A DNA stretch of 64,000 nt from a bacterium. Its GTDB lineage: Bacteria; UBA8248. The stretch lies in NCBI GenBank assembly GCA_965261085.1, contig OZ253442.1, positions 2,336,001 through 2,400,000 on the forward strand. Reading direction: 5' to 3'. Position 1 is the first letter of the stretch; each line of letters opens with the position of its first letter. Below the pieces are notes generated by a model. The model searched no databases and was not told the DNA's origin. It was given only the letters and a program-made list of their open reading frames with translations. Shown piece after piece: positions 48,922 through 57,916 of the stretch. Made by a program: the position numbers and the translations under genes.

Positions 48922-49737
48922 GTGTCCGAGGGAAAAGAATACGCGCCGGGCAGTTTCTGCTGGGCCGATCTGGTGGCGAAGGAGGTGGGCGTCGCCAAGG
49001 ATTTCTACACGTCCCTGTTTGGCTGGACCTTTGAGGATCGGCTCGTGATGGACGAGGCGGTCTACACCATGTTTTCCAAGGACGGAAAACAGGTCTGCGC
49101 CATGTTCGAGATGTTTCCGGGAATGCTCGAGAGCGGCCATCCCTCCTTCTGGCAGAGCTACGTGACTGTCGAGAGTGCGGATGAGGCCGTGAAGAAAGCG
49201 GTGGAACTCGGGGGCCACGCCGCCCAGGAGCCGTGCGACGTGCTCGACGTGGGCCGCATGGCGATGATTCGCGATCCGGGGGAGGCTTTCTTGCGCCTCT
49301 GGCAGCCGAAGGCGCACAAGGGGGCCGAGGTGATGAACGAGCCGGGTACCCTCAACTGGAACGAACTGCTCACCAAGGACGTCGAACGCGCCGGTTCTTT
49401 TTACGCCGAACTGTTCGGCTGGACGAGCACAGTGACGCCCAATCCCGCCGGCGGGGACTACATGGTTTTCATGAGCGGCGAGGAGCCGCGCGCGGGCATG
49501 CTCGAACTCCAGCCCGACATGGGCGAGATGCCCCCGCACTGGGGGGTGTATTTTCAGGTGGAGAGCCTGGACGCCGCGCTCGATAAGGCAAAAAGCCTGG
49601 GCGGCCAGGGCACGTTCCCCCCGATGGAGATTCCCGACGTGGGGAGAATCGGCGGAATCATGGACCCGCAGGGGGCGTGCTTCACGGCGATGGAATCGGC
49701 GATGGCGTCGGCGGACTCGTGCAAGTATATTTCATGA
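48922..49737 (+). CDS. Two-domain VOC/glyoxalase family protein
   Basis: Duplicated PG..W.[D/E]L, FY..LFGW, W..Y..V, GR.A.I.DP.G. GTG follows GGAGGA (the ORF is open from 48886). Confidence 0.9.
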   Translation: MSEGKEYAPGSFCWADLVAKEVGVAKDFYTSLFGWTFEDRLVMDEAVYTMFSKDGKQVCAMFEMFPGMLESGHPSFWQSYVTVESADEAVKKAVELGGHAAQEPCDVLDVGRMAMIRDPGEAFLRLWQPKAHKGAEVMNEPGTLNWNELLTKDVERAGSFYAELFGWTSTVTPNPAGGDYMVFMSGEEPRAGMLELQPDMGEMPPHWGVYFQVESLDAALDKAKSLGGQGTFPPMEIPDVGRIGGIMDPQGACFTAMESAMASADSCKYIS

Positions 49738-49810
49738 CCCCAAAACGTCCGCTATCGACTGCGCGCAAGGGGGCGCTTATCGGCTTACATTAACAGGAGT
49801 ATGAAAACGC

Positions 49811-50455
49811 ATGAAATACAAAACCATCGACCCCGCCGACAACCACTGGCGGCAGAACTACCGCCTGCTCGTCGGCTCCGTCGTGCCGAGGCCCATCGCC
49901 TGGGTGAGCACCATCAGCGCGGACGGCTACGCGAATCTCGCACCATTCAGCTTCTTCACCTGTGTGGGTCACGACCCGCCCCTCCTCTCGATTTCGGTGG
50001 GCGTGCGCGAGGAGGCCTACAAGGATACGGCGCGCAACATTATGGAGACGCAAGGCTACGTCATCCACACGGTGGTGGACGGCCTGGAAGAGCAGATGAA
50101 CATCTGCGCGGACGACTATCCCTTCGAGGTGAGCGAATTCGAGGAAGCGGGCCTCACGCCGCTCGATTCCGATCTGGTGAAGGCGCCTCGCATCGCCGAA
50201 GCGCCCGTGGCCATGGAGTGCCGGTTCCGCCACCTCATCACGAACGGGCGCGAACACCTGACGAACGTCATCATCGGCGAGGTGGTGCGCTGGCACGTGC
50301 GCGAAGACGTGATGATCGAGGAGGGGAAATACATCGACCCCGTTCTGCTCCGGCCGGTGGGCAGGCTTGCCGGGAACGGATACTGCCGCTCGCACGACGT
50401 GTTCGACATGCAGCGGCCAGACAGAAAAGCGACGCAGTTGAGCCCGAAGGGCTGA
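49811..50455 (+). CDS. Flavin reductase family protein (DIM6/NTAB)
   Basis: VVPRPIAWVST, NLAPFSFF, KDTARNI, VGRLAG..Y. Confidence 0.92.
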   Translation: MKYKTIDPADNHWRQNYRLLVGSVVPRPIAWVSTISADGYANLAPFSFFTCVGHDPPLLSISVGVREEAYKDTARNIMETQGYVIHTVVDGLEEQMNICADDYPFEVSEFEEAGLTPLDSDLVKAPRIAEAPVAMECRFRHLITNGREHLTNVIIGEVVRWHVREDVMIEEGKYIDPVLLRPVGRLAGNGYCRSHDVFDMQRPDRKATQLSPKG

Positions 50456-50506
50456 GCCGGAATCCATGCACTATCAATATCCTCTTAAACGAAGGAGGGG
50501 AGTGAG

Positions 50507-51577
50507 ATGAGCGATATTCCAGGAACCATGAAAGCCGCCGTCACGCATGACGCGCACGAGGTGCGCATCGAGCAGATTCCCGTGCCCGATTACGAACCCG
50601 ACCAAGTGCTGGTGAAGGTCGCCGCCTGCGGCATCTGCGGCACCGACATCCACATCTACGAGGGGCACATGCGCCCCATGTGGCCGCCCTATTATCCCTT
50701 CATCCAGGGACACGAGTGGGCGGGGAAGGTGGCCGCTATCGGAAGCAGCGCGAAAACGACTCTTCAGGTGGGCGACCGCGTCATCATGGAGCCGACGGTC
50801 GGCTGCGGCAAATGCGCCACCTGCATCCGGGGCGACTACCACATCTGCGAGGACGCCGTGAAGCCGGACGGAGGCTACAAGCTCCTCGGCCATACGGCGA
50901 ACGGCGCTTTCAGCGAATACGGCGTAGCACCTCCGAACAACCTCCACGAGATGCCCGAATCCATGAAGTGGGAGGACGCGGTGATCGTGAACCAGGTCGT
51001 CATCGCGCTCCACGCCATCGAGCGCGGGGGTATCGAGCCGGCCGACACCGTGGCGATTTTAGGCCCCGGTCTGCTGGGTCTCTCCGTGCTCCAGCTCGTC
51101 AAGATGATGGGCGCGGCCAAGACCTTCATCACCGGGCGCGGCTATCGGCTGGGAATCGCGGAGGAACTCGGTGTGGACCGCACCATCGACATCACGAAAG
51201 AAGACCCCGTGGAGGTCGTCAAGCAGGAGACGGACGGCCGCGGGGTGGACCTCGTCATCGAGTGCGCCGGCCCGCCCGAGACGATGCGCCAGGCGGTGGA
51301 CATGGCCCGGCGCGGCGGGCGCGTGGTGTTAGAAGGCATCAACGGCGGCCAGGAGGTGTCCTTCAACACGGATCGCATCGTGCTCGACGAGATAGCCATA
51401 TTCGGCGGGCGCGGCTCGCCCAACTGCTACCCGAGGGCCATCCGGATCATCTCCGACGGCCACATCGCCACCGAGAAGATGCTCACGCACACGTTCGCGC
51501 TCGATGAGTTCAACGAGGCGATGCGCATGTTCAAGGCGAGAGAAGACGGCGTGATGCGCGTGATGCTCACGCCCTGA
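50507..51577 (+). CDS. Zinc-binding dehydrogenase (threonine/sorbitol dehydrogenase-like)
   Basis: CGICGTD, GHE, CGKCATC...C, GPGLLG. Confidence 0.92.
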   Translation: MSDIPGTMKAAVTHDAHEVRIEQIPVPDYEPDQVLVKVAACGICGTDIHIYEGHMRPMWPPYYPFIQGHEWAGKVAAIGSSAKTTLQVGDRVIMEPTVGCGKCATCIRGDYHICEDAVKPDGGYKLLGHTANGAFSEYGVAPPNNLHEMPESMKWEDAVIVNQVVIALHAIERGGIEPADTVAILGPGLLGLSVLQLVKMMGAAKTFITGRGYRLGIAEELGVDRTIDITKEDPVEVVKQETDGRGVDLVIECAGPPETMRQAVDMARRGGRVVLEGINGGQEVSFNTDRIVLDEIAIFGGRGSPNCYPRAIRIISDGHIATEKMLTHTFALDEFNEAMRMFKAREDGVMRVMLTP

Positions 51578-51664
51578 TATTTTTTTAGGGATACGCCACC
51601 GCGCAGCGGCGCTCGAGACGCACGGAGCCGGGGCCGGCTTCGGCGACATGAGGAGGAAGTCCCG

Positions 51665-52714
51665 ATGCCCGAAAAACTCCTGCCCACCACCGTCGTGGGC
51701 AGCTACACCCAGCCGGACTGGCTCATCGACCGCGAGAATCTCACCACGCGCCTCCCCCCCCGCGTGCGTGCGCAGGAGATATGGCGCATTCCTCCTAAGT
51801 TTCTGGAGGCCGCGCAGGACGACGCCACCCTCCTCGCGATACGCGACATGGAGCGCGCGGGAATCGACATCATCTCGGACGGCGAGGTGCGCCGCGAGAG
51901 CTATTCGAACCGCGTCGCCACGGCCCTGGGCGGCATCGACACCGAACGCCACGGCTATACGAAAGACCGCTCGGGCCGGGACAACCCCGTGCCCCGCGTG
52001 ATGGGGAAGATCCATCGTCCAAAACCCATCGAGGTGAGCGACGTCGAGTTTCTGCGCGCCAACACGGAGCGGCGGATCAAGATCACCCTTCCGGGTCCTT
52101 TCACCATGACGCAGCAGGCGCAGGATGATTACTACGGCGGCGATCAGCGGGCGATGGCGCTCGACTACGCCCGCGCGGTGAACGAGGAGGTGAAGGACAT
52201 GTTCGCCGCAGGCGCCGACGTGGTGCAGATAGACGAGCCTTACATGCAGGCGCGCGCGGAGATAGCCAAGGAATTCGCCCTGGAAGTGCTCGGCGAGGCG
52301 TTAAAGGGCGTGGAGGGCACTACGGCTCTTCATATGTGCTTCGGCTACGCGGCCATCCACGCCTGGCAGGGACTCGGCAAGCCCGACGCCTATTCCTTCC
52401 TTCCCGAGCTCAACGAGAGCGACATCGACCAGATATCCATCGAGGCGGCCCAGCCGGGCATCGACTTGGCCGTGCTGGAAAAGCTGCCGGACAAGACCAT
52501 CATCCTGGGCGTCATCGACAACGGCGATCCGAACGTCGAATCACCCGAAACGGTGGCGGCGCGCATCCGGGCGGCGCTCGAACACGTATCACCCGAGCGG
52601 CTCATCCTGGCTCCTGATTGCGGGATGAAATACATGGACCGCGACGTCGCCTTCGGCAAGCTCAAGTCCATGGCCGAGGGCGCCGCCATCGTGCGCGCGG
52701 AGATCGGGGGGTAG
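51665..52714 (+). CDS. Cobalamin-independent methionine synthase II family (catalytic domain only)
   Basis: TTVVGSY, DGEVRRE, GPFT, QIDEP, Zn ligands HMC...E...PDCG. Confidence 0.88.
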   Translation: MPEKLLPTTVVGSYTQPDWLIDRENLTTRLPPRVRAQEIWRIPPKFLEAAQDDATLLAIRDMERAGIDIISDGEVRRESYSNRVATALGGIDTERHGYTKDRSGRDNPVPRVMGKIHRPKPIEVSDVEFLRANTERRIKITLPGPFTMTQQAQDDYYGGDQRAMALDYARAVNEEVKDMFAAGADVVQIDEPYMQARAEIAKEFALEVLGEALKGVEGTTALHMCFGYAAIHAWQGLGKPDAYSFLPELNESDIDQISIEAAQPGIDLAVLEKLPDKTIILGVIDNGDPNVESPETVAARIRAALEHVSPERLILAPDCGMKYMDRDVAFGKLKSMAEGAAIVRAEIGG

Positions 52715-52729
52715 GGGAGTCGTCTGAAA

Positions 52730-53041
52730 TCAATCCGCTTTTTTGCCGCCGAATGCAGTTTTTCGCAAGGCGGTGTTGATGCGGGACTGCCACCCCTTGC
52801 CGCTTTCTTTGAAGTGCGCCACCACGTCCGCGTCAAGCCGAATGGTGGTCTGCACCTTGGTGGGCTTTTTCTGCGCCCCGCGGAATCGGTGGGGGGCGTT
52901 GTTCGCCAGTTCTCCCCGGGCGTGGGCTTCGACGATCTCTGGCGCCACTTCCGATGCCGGACGCATCTTCTCCAGCATCTTCTCGCTTAAGGGTCGATCC
53001 TCCACTTCAAGCGGCGGCTTGCTATTTCGGTTGCCGGCCAT
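52730..53041 (-). CDS. BrnA-family antitoxin
   Basis: RGAQKKPTK, TIRLDADVV, GKGWQSRINTALR. Confidence 0.9.
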   Translation of the reverse strand: MAGNRNSKPPLEVEDRPLSEKMLEKMRPASEVAPEIVEAHARGELANNAPHRFRGAQKKPTKVQTTIRLDADVVAHFKESGKGWQSRINTALRKTAFGGKKAD

Positions 53042-53054
53042 TTTCTATCCTTCC

Positions 53055-53327
53055 TCATGCGCGTTGCTCCGCGTATCGCCTCGTCTCTCTTTTATTCGCC
53101 TTGCGCAGGCTGATGATTCGCATGAACGACTCACGGCAGGTGAATACCAGCACGTGGACCCGTTCCTGAATCAAGCCCAAAGCCCAGAAGCGGTGTTCTT
53201 CATACCCGGAGCGCGCATCCTCCTAGACTAAAGCCGTCCGCCAGTCGAATTCCAGGGCAGCGAGAAAATCGACATCGTGCTTGTCAAGATTAGCCTCCCG
53301 TTTATTCTCATCCCATTCGTATTGCAT
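53055..53327 (-). pseudogene. BrnT-family toxin interrupted by an in-frame TAG at codon 35 (53223-53225)
   Basis: Manual translation: MQYEWDENKREANLDKHDVDF...ALV*EDARSGYEEHRFWALG...RIISLRKANKRE. Confidence 0.88.
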
Positions 53328-53331
53328 AGCA

Positions 53332-53361
53332 AATTGTAACAACAATTATCTGGTTAAGCAA
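53332..53361 (-). promoter_or_regulatory. brnTA promoter (probably leaderless) with an overlapping palindromic operator
   Basis: Minus strand TTGCTT-17-TACAAT ends 5 nt before the ATG. Palindrome AATTGT-N4-ACAATT at 53332-53347. Confidence 0.6.
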
Positions 53362-53480
53362 ATCGTTTCGCGTGGCGAGAGCGTCCATCATCATCCTGGG
53401 CAGGTGTATTGGTGGCTCAGGTTCTTGTTTGTGGTATGTTGTCCGCATCATCCGCCCACCAAAGCGTTTCGGATATCCGA

Positions 53481-54326
53481 ATGGCCATAAGTACGAAAGC
53501 GCAAGTTCGTAAATCAGGAGCCAAAGCCCGCGCCCGTGATGAGAAGCCGGGGCCCCCTCTCAAATGGGCAGGCGGCAAGCGGTGGCTCATCCCGCACATC
53601 CGGGCCTATTGGGAAAAGCACAGTGACCGCCGTCTCGTGGAGCCTTTCTGCGGGGGGCTGGCCGTAGCGCTCGGTCTCACCCCCGGGAAGGCGCTTTTGA
53701 ACGACATTAACGCCCCGCTCATGAATTTCTACGCCTGGCTGGAAAAGGGTCTCTCAAACGCCCGGCTCGATATGCGAAACGACGCGGATGCCTACTACGC
53801 CCACAGGGAGCGGTTCAACGCGCTTCTCATGAGCGGACGTGGGCGCAACAAGGAGGCGGCGGAGCTTTTCTATTACCTGAACCGCACCGGCTACAACGGC
53901 CTTTGCCGCTTCAACGGCAAGGGTGAGTTCAACGTCCCCTTCGGACGCTACAAGCGAATCAACTATGTGAGAAATTTTCTGGCTTACCGGGAGGTCTTCG
54001 AGAAATGGGAGTTTCGGAACGAAGACTTCGAGACGCTCCCCATTGATCCCGGTGATTTCATCTACGCGGACCCTCCCTATGACGTCCAGTTCACCAAGTA
54101 CGCCAAAGAGGATTTCTCATGGGCGGATCAGGTGCGTCTCGCGGAATTTCTGAGCATGCACGAAGGCCCCGTGGTGCTCTCGAATCAGGCGACGGAAAGA
54201 ATCGTCCGCTTATACGAAGAGACGGGATTCTCGCTTCGATTCCTCGAAGGCCCGCGCCGCATCAGTTGCACCGGGGATCGTTCCCCCGCGCGGGAGGTTT
54301 TGGCCGTGCGGGGAATTGAAATATGA
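53481..54326 (+). CDS. Dam-family (D12 class, alpha) DNA adenine methyltransferase
   Basis: PLKWAGGK, EPFCGG, LNRTGYNGL.R.N..G.FNVPFG, DPPY. Confidence 0.92.
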   Translation: MAISTKAQVRKSGAKARARDEKPGPPLKWAGGKRWLIPHIRAYWEKHSDRRLVEPFCGGLAVALGLTPGKALLNDINAPLMNFYAWLEKGLSNARLDMRNDADAYYAHRERFNALLMSGRGRNKEAAELFYYLNRTGYNGLCRFNGKGEFNVPFGRYKRINYVRNFLAYREVFEKWEFRNEDFETLPIDPGDFIYADPPYDVQFTKYAKEDFSWADQVRLAEFLSMHEGPVVLSNQATERIVRLYEETGFSLRFLEGPRRISCTGDRSPAREVLAVRGIEI

Positions 54327-54745
54327 GTGCTGCGCGCAATACGCGAACAGGCGGCGTCTTGGAAGCGATGGTTCTGCCTGCTCTGGCGAATGGGGGATAC
54401 GGTTACGAAACCCAGGTGCTCATTGGGGAAAGACCTAATGGAAGACGCCACTTCCTGGATGTCTTGGCGAAAGATGATGATGACAATGAATATCTCGTCT
54501 CGCTCAAATGGCAGCAGGTCTCCGGCACCGCCGAGCAAAAAGTACCCTATGAAATTATATGTCTCGCTGAAGCGATACAAAAAGAACCGGACAGAAGAGC
54601 ATATCTTGTCCTGGGTGGTTCCGGGTGGAGTTTGCGTGATTATTTTCTGGCTGGTGGCCTGAACCGTCATTTGGTGCATGCCGATTTAGTCACCTTGATC
54701 GACTTGGAAAACTTTGTTGCTTTAGCTAATCAAGGCAAGTTATAA
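54323..54745 (+). CDS. Small PD-(D/E)XK-superfamily nuclease coupled to the Dam-type MTase
   Basis: 4-nt overlap with the MTase. LDVL...VSLKWQQVSGTAEQKVPYE. Confidence 0.7.
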   Translation: MSAARNTRTGGVLEAMVLPALANGGYGYETQVLIGERPNGRRHFLDVLAKDDDDNEYLVSLKWQQVSGTAEQKVPYEIICLAEAIQKEPDRRAYLVLGGSGWSLRDYFLAGGLNRHLVHADLVTLIDLENFVALANQGKL

Positions 54746-54792
54746 ATTGAGATTACCAACCCCTTGGTGCTCGCCGCCCGTGAGGAAATCGG

Positions 54793-55704
54793 ATGACCAA
54801 CGCCGCTTCGCATGTTGACACGGCGCGGCAGCCGTTGCAGGACATGCTCCCTCGATTGGAGCAGGAAAAATTAAAAAGCCAACCCATCCTCGCGTGCGCG
54901 GGCAACCTCGTTTTCATGAGCGAGCTTCCCGATGAGAGGATGAAGCTCATCGTCACCTCGCCTCCTTACAACTTGGGGAAGGAATACGAATCGAGAACTC
55001 CGCTCGATGCTTACGTCGAGGCGCAGGAGCGGGTGATTCGCGAGTGCGCGCGGTTGCTGCACCCCAAAGGCTCCATCTGCTGGCAGGTCGGCAATTACGT
55101 GAGAAACGGGGAGATTATTCCGCTCGACACCGTTCTCTATCCCGTCTTTCAGGCGCAGGGCCTTAAGCTCCGCAACCGAATCGTCTGGTGTTTCGGCCAC
55201 GGGCTCCACTGCACCAAGCGGCTCTCGGGCAGATACGAAACCATCAACTGGTGGACGAAGGGCGATGATTACACCTGGAACCTCGACCCGATACGGGTTC
55301 CGGCGAAATATCCGGGCAAGAAACACTTCAAGGGACCGAACATCGGCAAACTCTCGGGGAATCCCAAGGGAAAGAACCCGAGCGACGTGTGGGTTTTCCC
55401 GAACGTGAAGAGCAACCATCCGGAAAAAACGATTCACCCCTGCCAGTTCCCCGTCGAGTTAGTGGAGCGCCTTGTTCTCTCCATGACGGATGAGGGCGAT
55501 GCGGTGTTCGACCCCTACATGGGCGTCGGTTCCTCCATCATCGCCGCGCTCATGCACGAGAGATCGGCCTATGGCTGTGACGTTGTTTCGGAATATGTGG
55601 ACATCGCGCTAGACCGGGTGCGTCGGCTTTATTTGGGAACTCTCAAAACGCGCCCGATGGGAAAGCCAATCTACGACCCCGCCAAACCCAACGGTGGGCA
55701 TTAG
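54793..55704 (+). CDS. Beta-class N4-cytosine/N6-adenine DNA methyltransferase (M.BglII-like)
   Basis: TSPPYN precedes HPCQFP and DPYMGVGS. Confidence 0.92.
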   Translation: MTNAASHVDTARQPLQDMLPRLEQEKLKSQPILACAGNLVFMSELPDERMKLIVTSPPYNLGKEYESRTPLDAYVEAQERVIRECARLLHPKGSICWQVGNYVRNGEIIPLDTVLYPVFQAQGLKLRNRIVWCFGHGLHCTKRLSGRYETINWWTKGDDYTWNLDPIRVPAKYPGKKHFKGPNIGKLSGNPKGKNPSDVWVFPNVKSNHPEKTIHPCQFPVELVERLVLSMTDEGDAVFDPYMGVGSSIIAALMHERSAYGCDVVSEYVDIALDRVRRLYLGTLKTRPMGKPIYDPAKPNGGH

Positions 55705-56315
55705 TGCGCATCGAAGCCAGTTATTCGCATCTGAACGGCGAGGAATACCTGCTCGTCCACCGCAAACATCTTTGGGAAGAAGTGAAGGACGTCATTGCGG
55801 AAGTCGACGCTATGGCTTGCCGGACAAAGATATCCAAAGAGAAGACGATGCCTGGCAAGGTGCTGTTCTCGCCGGCCGACATGAATCGCGCGTTCAAGGA
55901 CGGCCTCAAGGATCGCGGCTGGAGCGAGCGCAGAAGCACTTTCTGGCTTACGGCGGATGAAAAGCTCATGCGCGGCATTTATGGTTTGTCAGAAAGTGAG
56001 CAGAAACGAGCGATCGAGAAAGCCGGATACGAACCCATCATGTCTTACAACCAGACTGATTTCGTAAAAGAGCGCGTTGCGGTGGAGGTTCAGTTCGGCA
56101 AGTACGCTTTCGTCGCGCACGATCTGTTCGTAAAGCATCTCAGTTTTTATGTTTCCGACATCATCGACGTGGGAGTGGAGATACTCCCCATGAAGGAACT
56201 GGAGCGGGAGATGTCCTCCGGCGTCGCCTACTATGAGCGGGATTTGCTGAATGTTTTGCGGCAAGGACGTGGGGTTCCCGCAGTTCCTCTGGTGCTTGTG
56301 GGCGTCGCTCCATAA
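55704..56315 (+). CDS. BglII/BstYI-family type II restriction endonuclease
   Basis: K.SKEKT, NQTDFVKERVAVEVQFGKY, VGVEILPMK. Overlaps the MTase stop. Confidence 0.88.
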   Translation: MRIEASYSHLNGEEYLLVHRKHLWEEVKDVIAEVDAMACRTKISKEKTMPGKVLFSPADMNRAFKDGLKDRGWSERRSTFWLTADEKLMRGIYGLSESEQKRAIEKAGYEPIMSYNQTDFVKERVAVEVQFGKYAFVAHDLFVKHLSFYVSDIIDVGVEILPMKELEREMSSGVAYYERDLLNVLRQGRGVPAVPLVLVGVAP

Positions 56316-56330
56316 CCCGACAAACGCCCC

Positions 56331-56993
56331 CTACTCACTCCCTTCCTGAAACGCGATGCGCTCGCCGGGGGGTTCCACCACGAGATGAAGAGCCTCGGCC
56401 ACGCGCCCCGTCAGGTTCCAAAGCCCGCAGATGAGGGTCAGGGATACGAGTTGCTCGGTGGAAAAATGTTTCTTCATCGCCCCAAACGCCGCGTCGTTCC
56501 CCTTGGCCGTCAGGTTCGTTACTTCCTCCGCCCAGCAGATGGCGGCTTTTTCCTTCTCGTTGAACAGCTCGCTGTCCCGCCAGCCGTCGCCCTCCAATAG
56601 ATTGATTTTCTCCTGCGCGATACCCTGAGCCCGACCGAGCTCGACGTTGTGCCCGAGTCAGTTATTGCATTCGGTGAGAATGGCCGTCTTGATGATGACG
56701 AGCTGGGCCATGTGGAGGTATTCAGGGTCGGTTTTCTGGTGCTGTACCCGGAGTTTGCCGTCCATGATCTGCCAGCCCTCGACGAAGCCGGGCGCCCAGC
56801 CGAGCAGGCGCAAAAAGCGCGACACCTTGCCCCAGCGCTTCACGCCGCGCTCATAGAGGGGGGCGAGTTCCGCGGCCAGGTGTTCGGGAATGTCGTCGGG
56901 GTCGATGAGCGGGACCCGGGGAAGGGGGCAGGCCATCATCTCCTCGGTGACGCCCATGTCCTGCGCAAGGCCGGTGGCTTCGTTTATCGGCAT
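56331..56993 (-). CDS. AhpD/carboxymuconolactone decarboxylase-family protein with in-frame UGA (CxxU); candidate selenoprotein, 220 aa
   Basis: Track ORFs 56658..57185 and 56331..56597 share a frame and join through TGA 56658-56660 as TECNN-U-LGHN..G...G..QEKI...FNEKEKAAI.WAEEVT. SECIS-like hairpin downstream; RBS before ATG 56993. Confidence 0.8.
56627..56642 (-). promoter_or_regulatory. Candidate bacterial SECIS hairpin
   Basis: mRNA GAGCUC-GGUC-GGGCUC. The stem starts after a 15-nt spacer 3' of the UGA, the loop after 21 nt, and the loop begins with G. Confidence 0.6.
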
Positions 56994-57130
56994 GATGAGA
57001 TTCCTTTTCTGGTGAAACGTGAACAGATGAGAGTGAGGGCGCATTTTCGCGTAAGGGGGAGAGGGGATCAATGGGGGAGGGGGAGCGTCGCGTTTTTGAA
57101 AGTACGTTTTAATTGAGTGTTCCATTTCAA

Positions 57131-57364
57131 AATCACTCCCCCCTTGAGGATCAATCCCGATTGAAGAATGAGGGATTGTCGGCAAGGCGAGGACGGAAAG
57201 TCCGCAGCCGAGCCGGTGGGGGGTCTATTCCGAACGAGGAGCGAGAATTTCCGACCGAAGCTTTCTTCATCCGCAAGCAATCGCTCCTTCATCAGACCCC
57301 CCACGCATCAGCCTTCGCACAAACCGCTCGGCTTCTGCTACTCCCCCTCAAGGGGGGAGTGATT
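57131..57364. repeat. 234-bp non-coding element with perfect 19-bp terminal inverted repeats (MITE/REPIN-like)
   Basis: AATCACTCCCCCCTTGAGG ... CCTCAAGGGGGGAGTGATT, with an internal IR GTGGGGGGTCT/AGACCCCCCAC. Confidence 0.75.
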
Positions 57365-57413
57365 AAATCCTAAGGAGGAGAATCTCTAGCTAGCGATGAT
57401 TTGAGTTTTCTGT

Positions 57414-57758
57414 TCAGCCATTGCCGTCCGGGAATGCCACGCCGGCGTAGGGGAGGTAGTGGCAGGAAATGCAGCCGTTGGCGTTCGCGGCCGGAATGCG
57501 CTTGAAATGCTCGGGCGTCATCCGCCGCTTGCGCGGGCTGTCTTTCCCGGTCTGCCCCGGCCTGCCGACCACATCGAGAGAGTTGAAGCTTGCGGTGAGG
57601 ACCTCGCGGCGGTGCGCCATGGGCTCTTTCATCGTGAACCTACCGTCCTCGATGATGGGCGTGGGAGCATCCCCGGCGAGGATGTCGGCTCCGGGGAAAA
57701 GGGCGCCCGCGAGCCACGTGAGGAAGAGGAAGCATCCGAGAAGCAAGATTTTTTTCAT
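57414..57758 (-). pseudogene. Exported CxxCH protein, probably a truncated N-terminus of a di-heme oxidoreductase-type cytochrome
   Basis: Signal peptide, FNSLDVVGRP, ANGCISCH. It ends about 15 aa after the heme motif, with no distal-ligand region. Confidence 0.5.
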
Positions 57759-57916
57759 GGCGTATCCTCCCGTGTTGCGGCCCTCCACGCCATGATTAGG
57801 CAGCGGCCTGGAGATAATGGCCGCCTATGCTTCCAATATCGTCCTCCCCACTGCTCCGCGCAAGGGGGGTATGTACGATTCAAATCGTTTTCAGGGGGAG
57901 TTTGTTTGCTTTTGGT

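Noticed and set aside
56994-57185. N-terminal extension of the CMD protein given by the ORF track
   Set aside because: It runs into the inverted-repeat element and is low-complexity. A good RBS precedes ATG 56993.
57414-57758. Complete small c-type cytochrome
   Set aside because: It ends about 15 residues after CxxCH with no distal-ligand region, so it is more likely a truncated gene.
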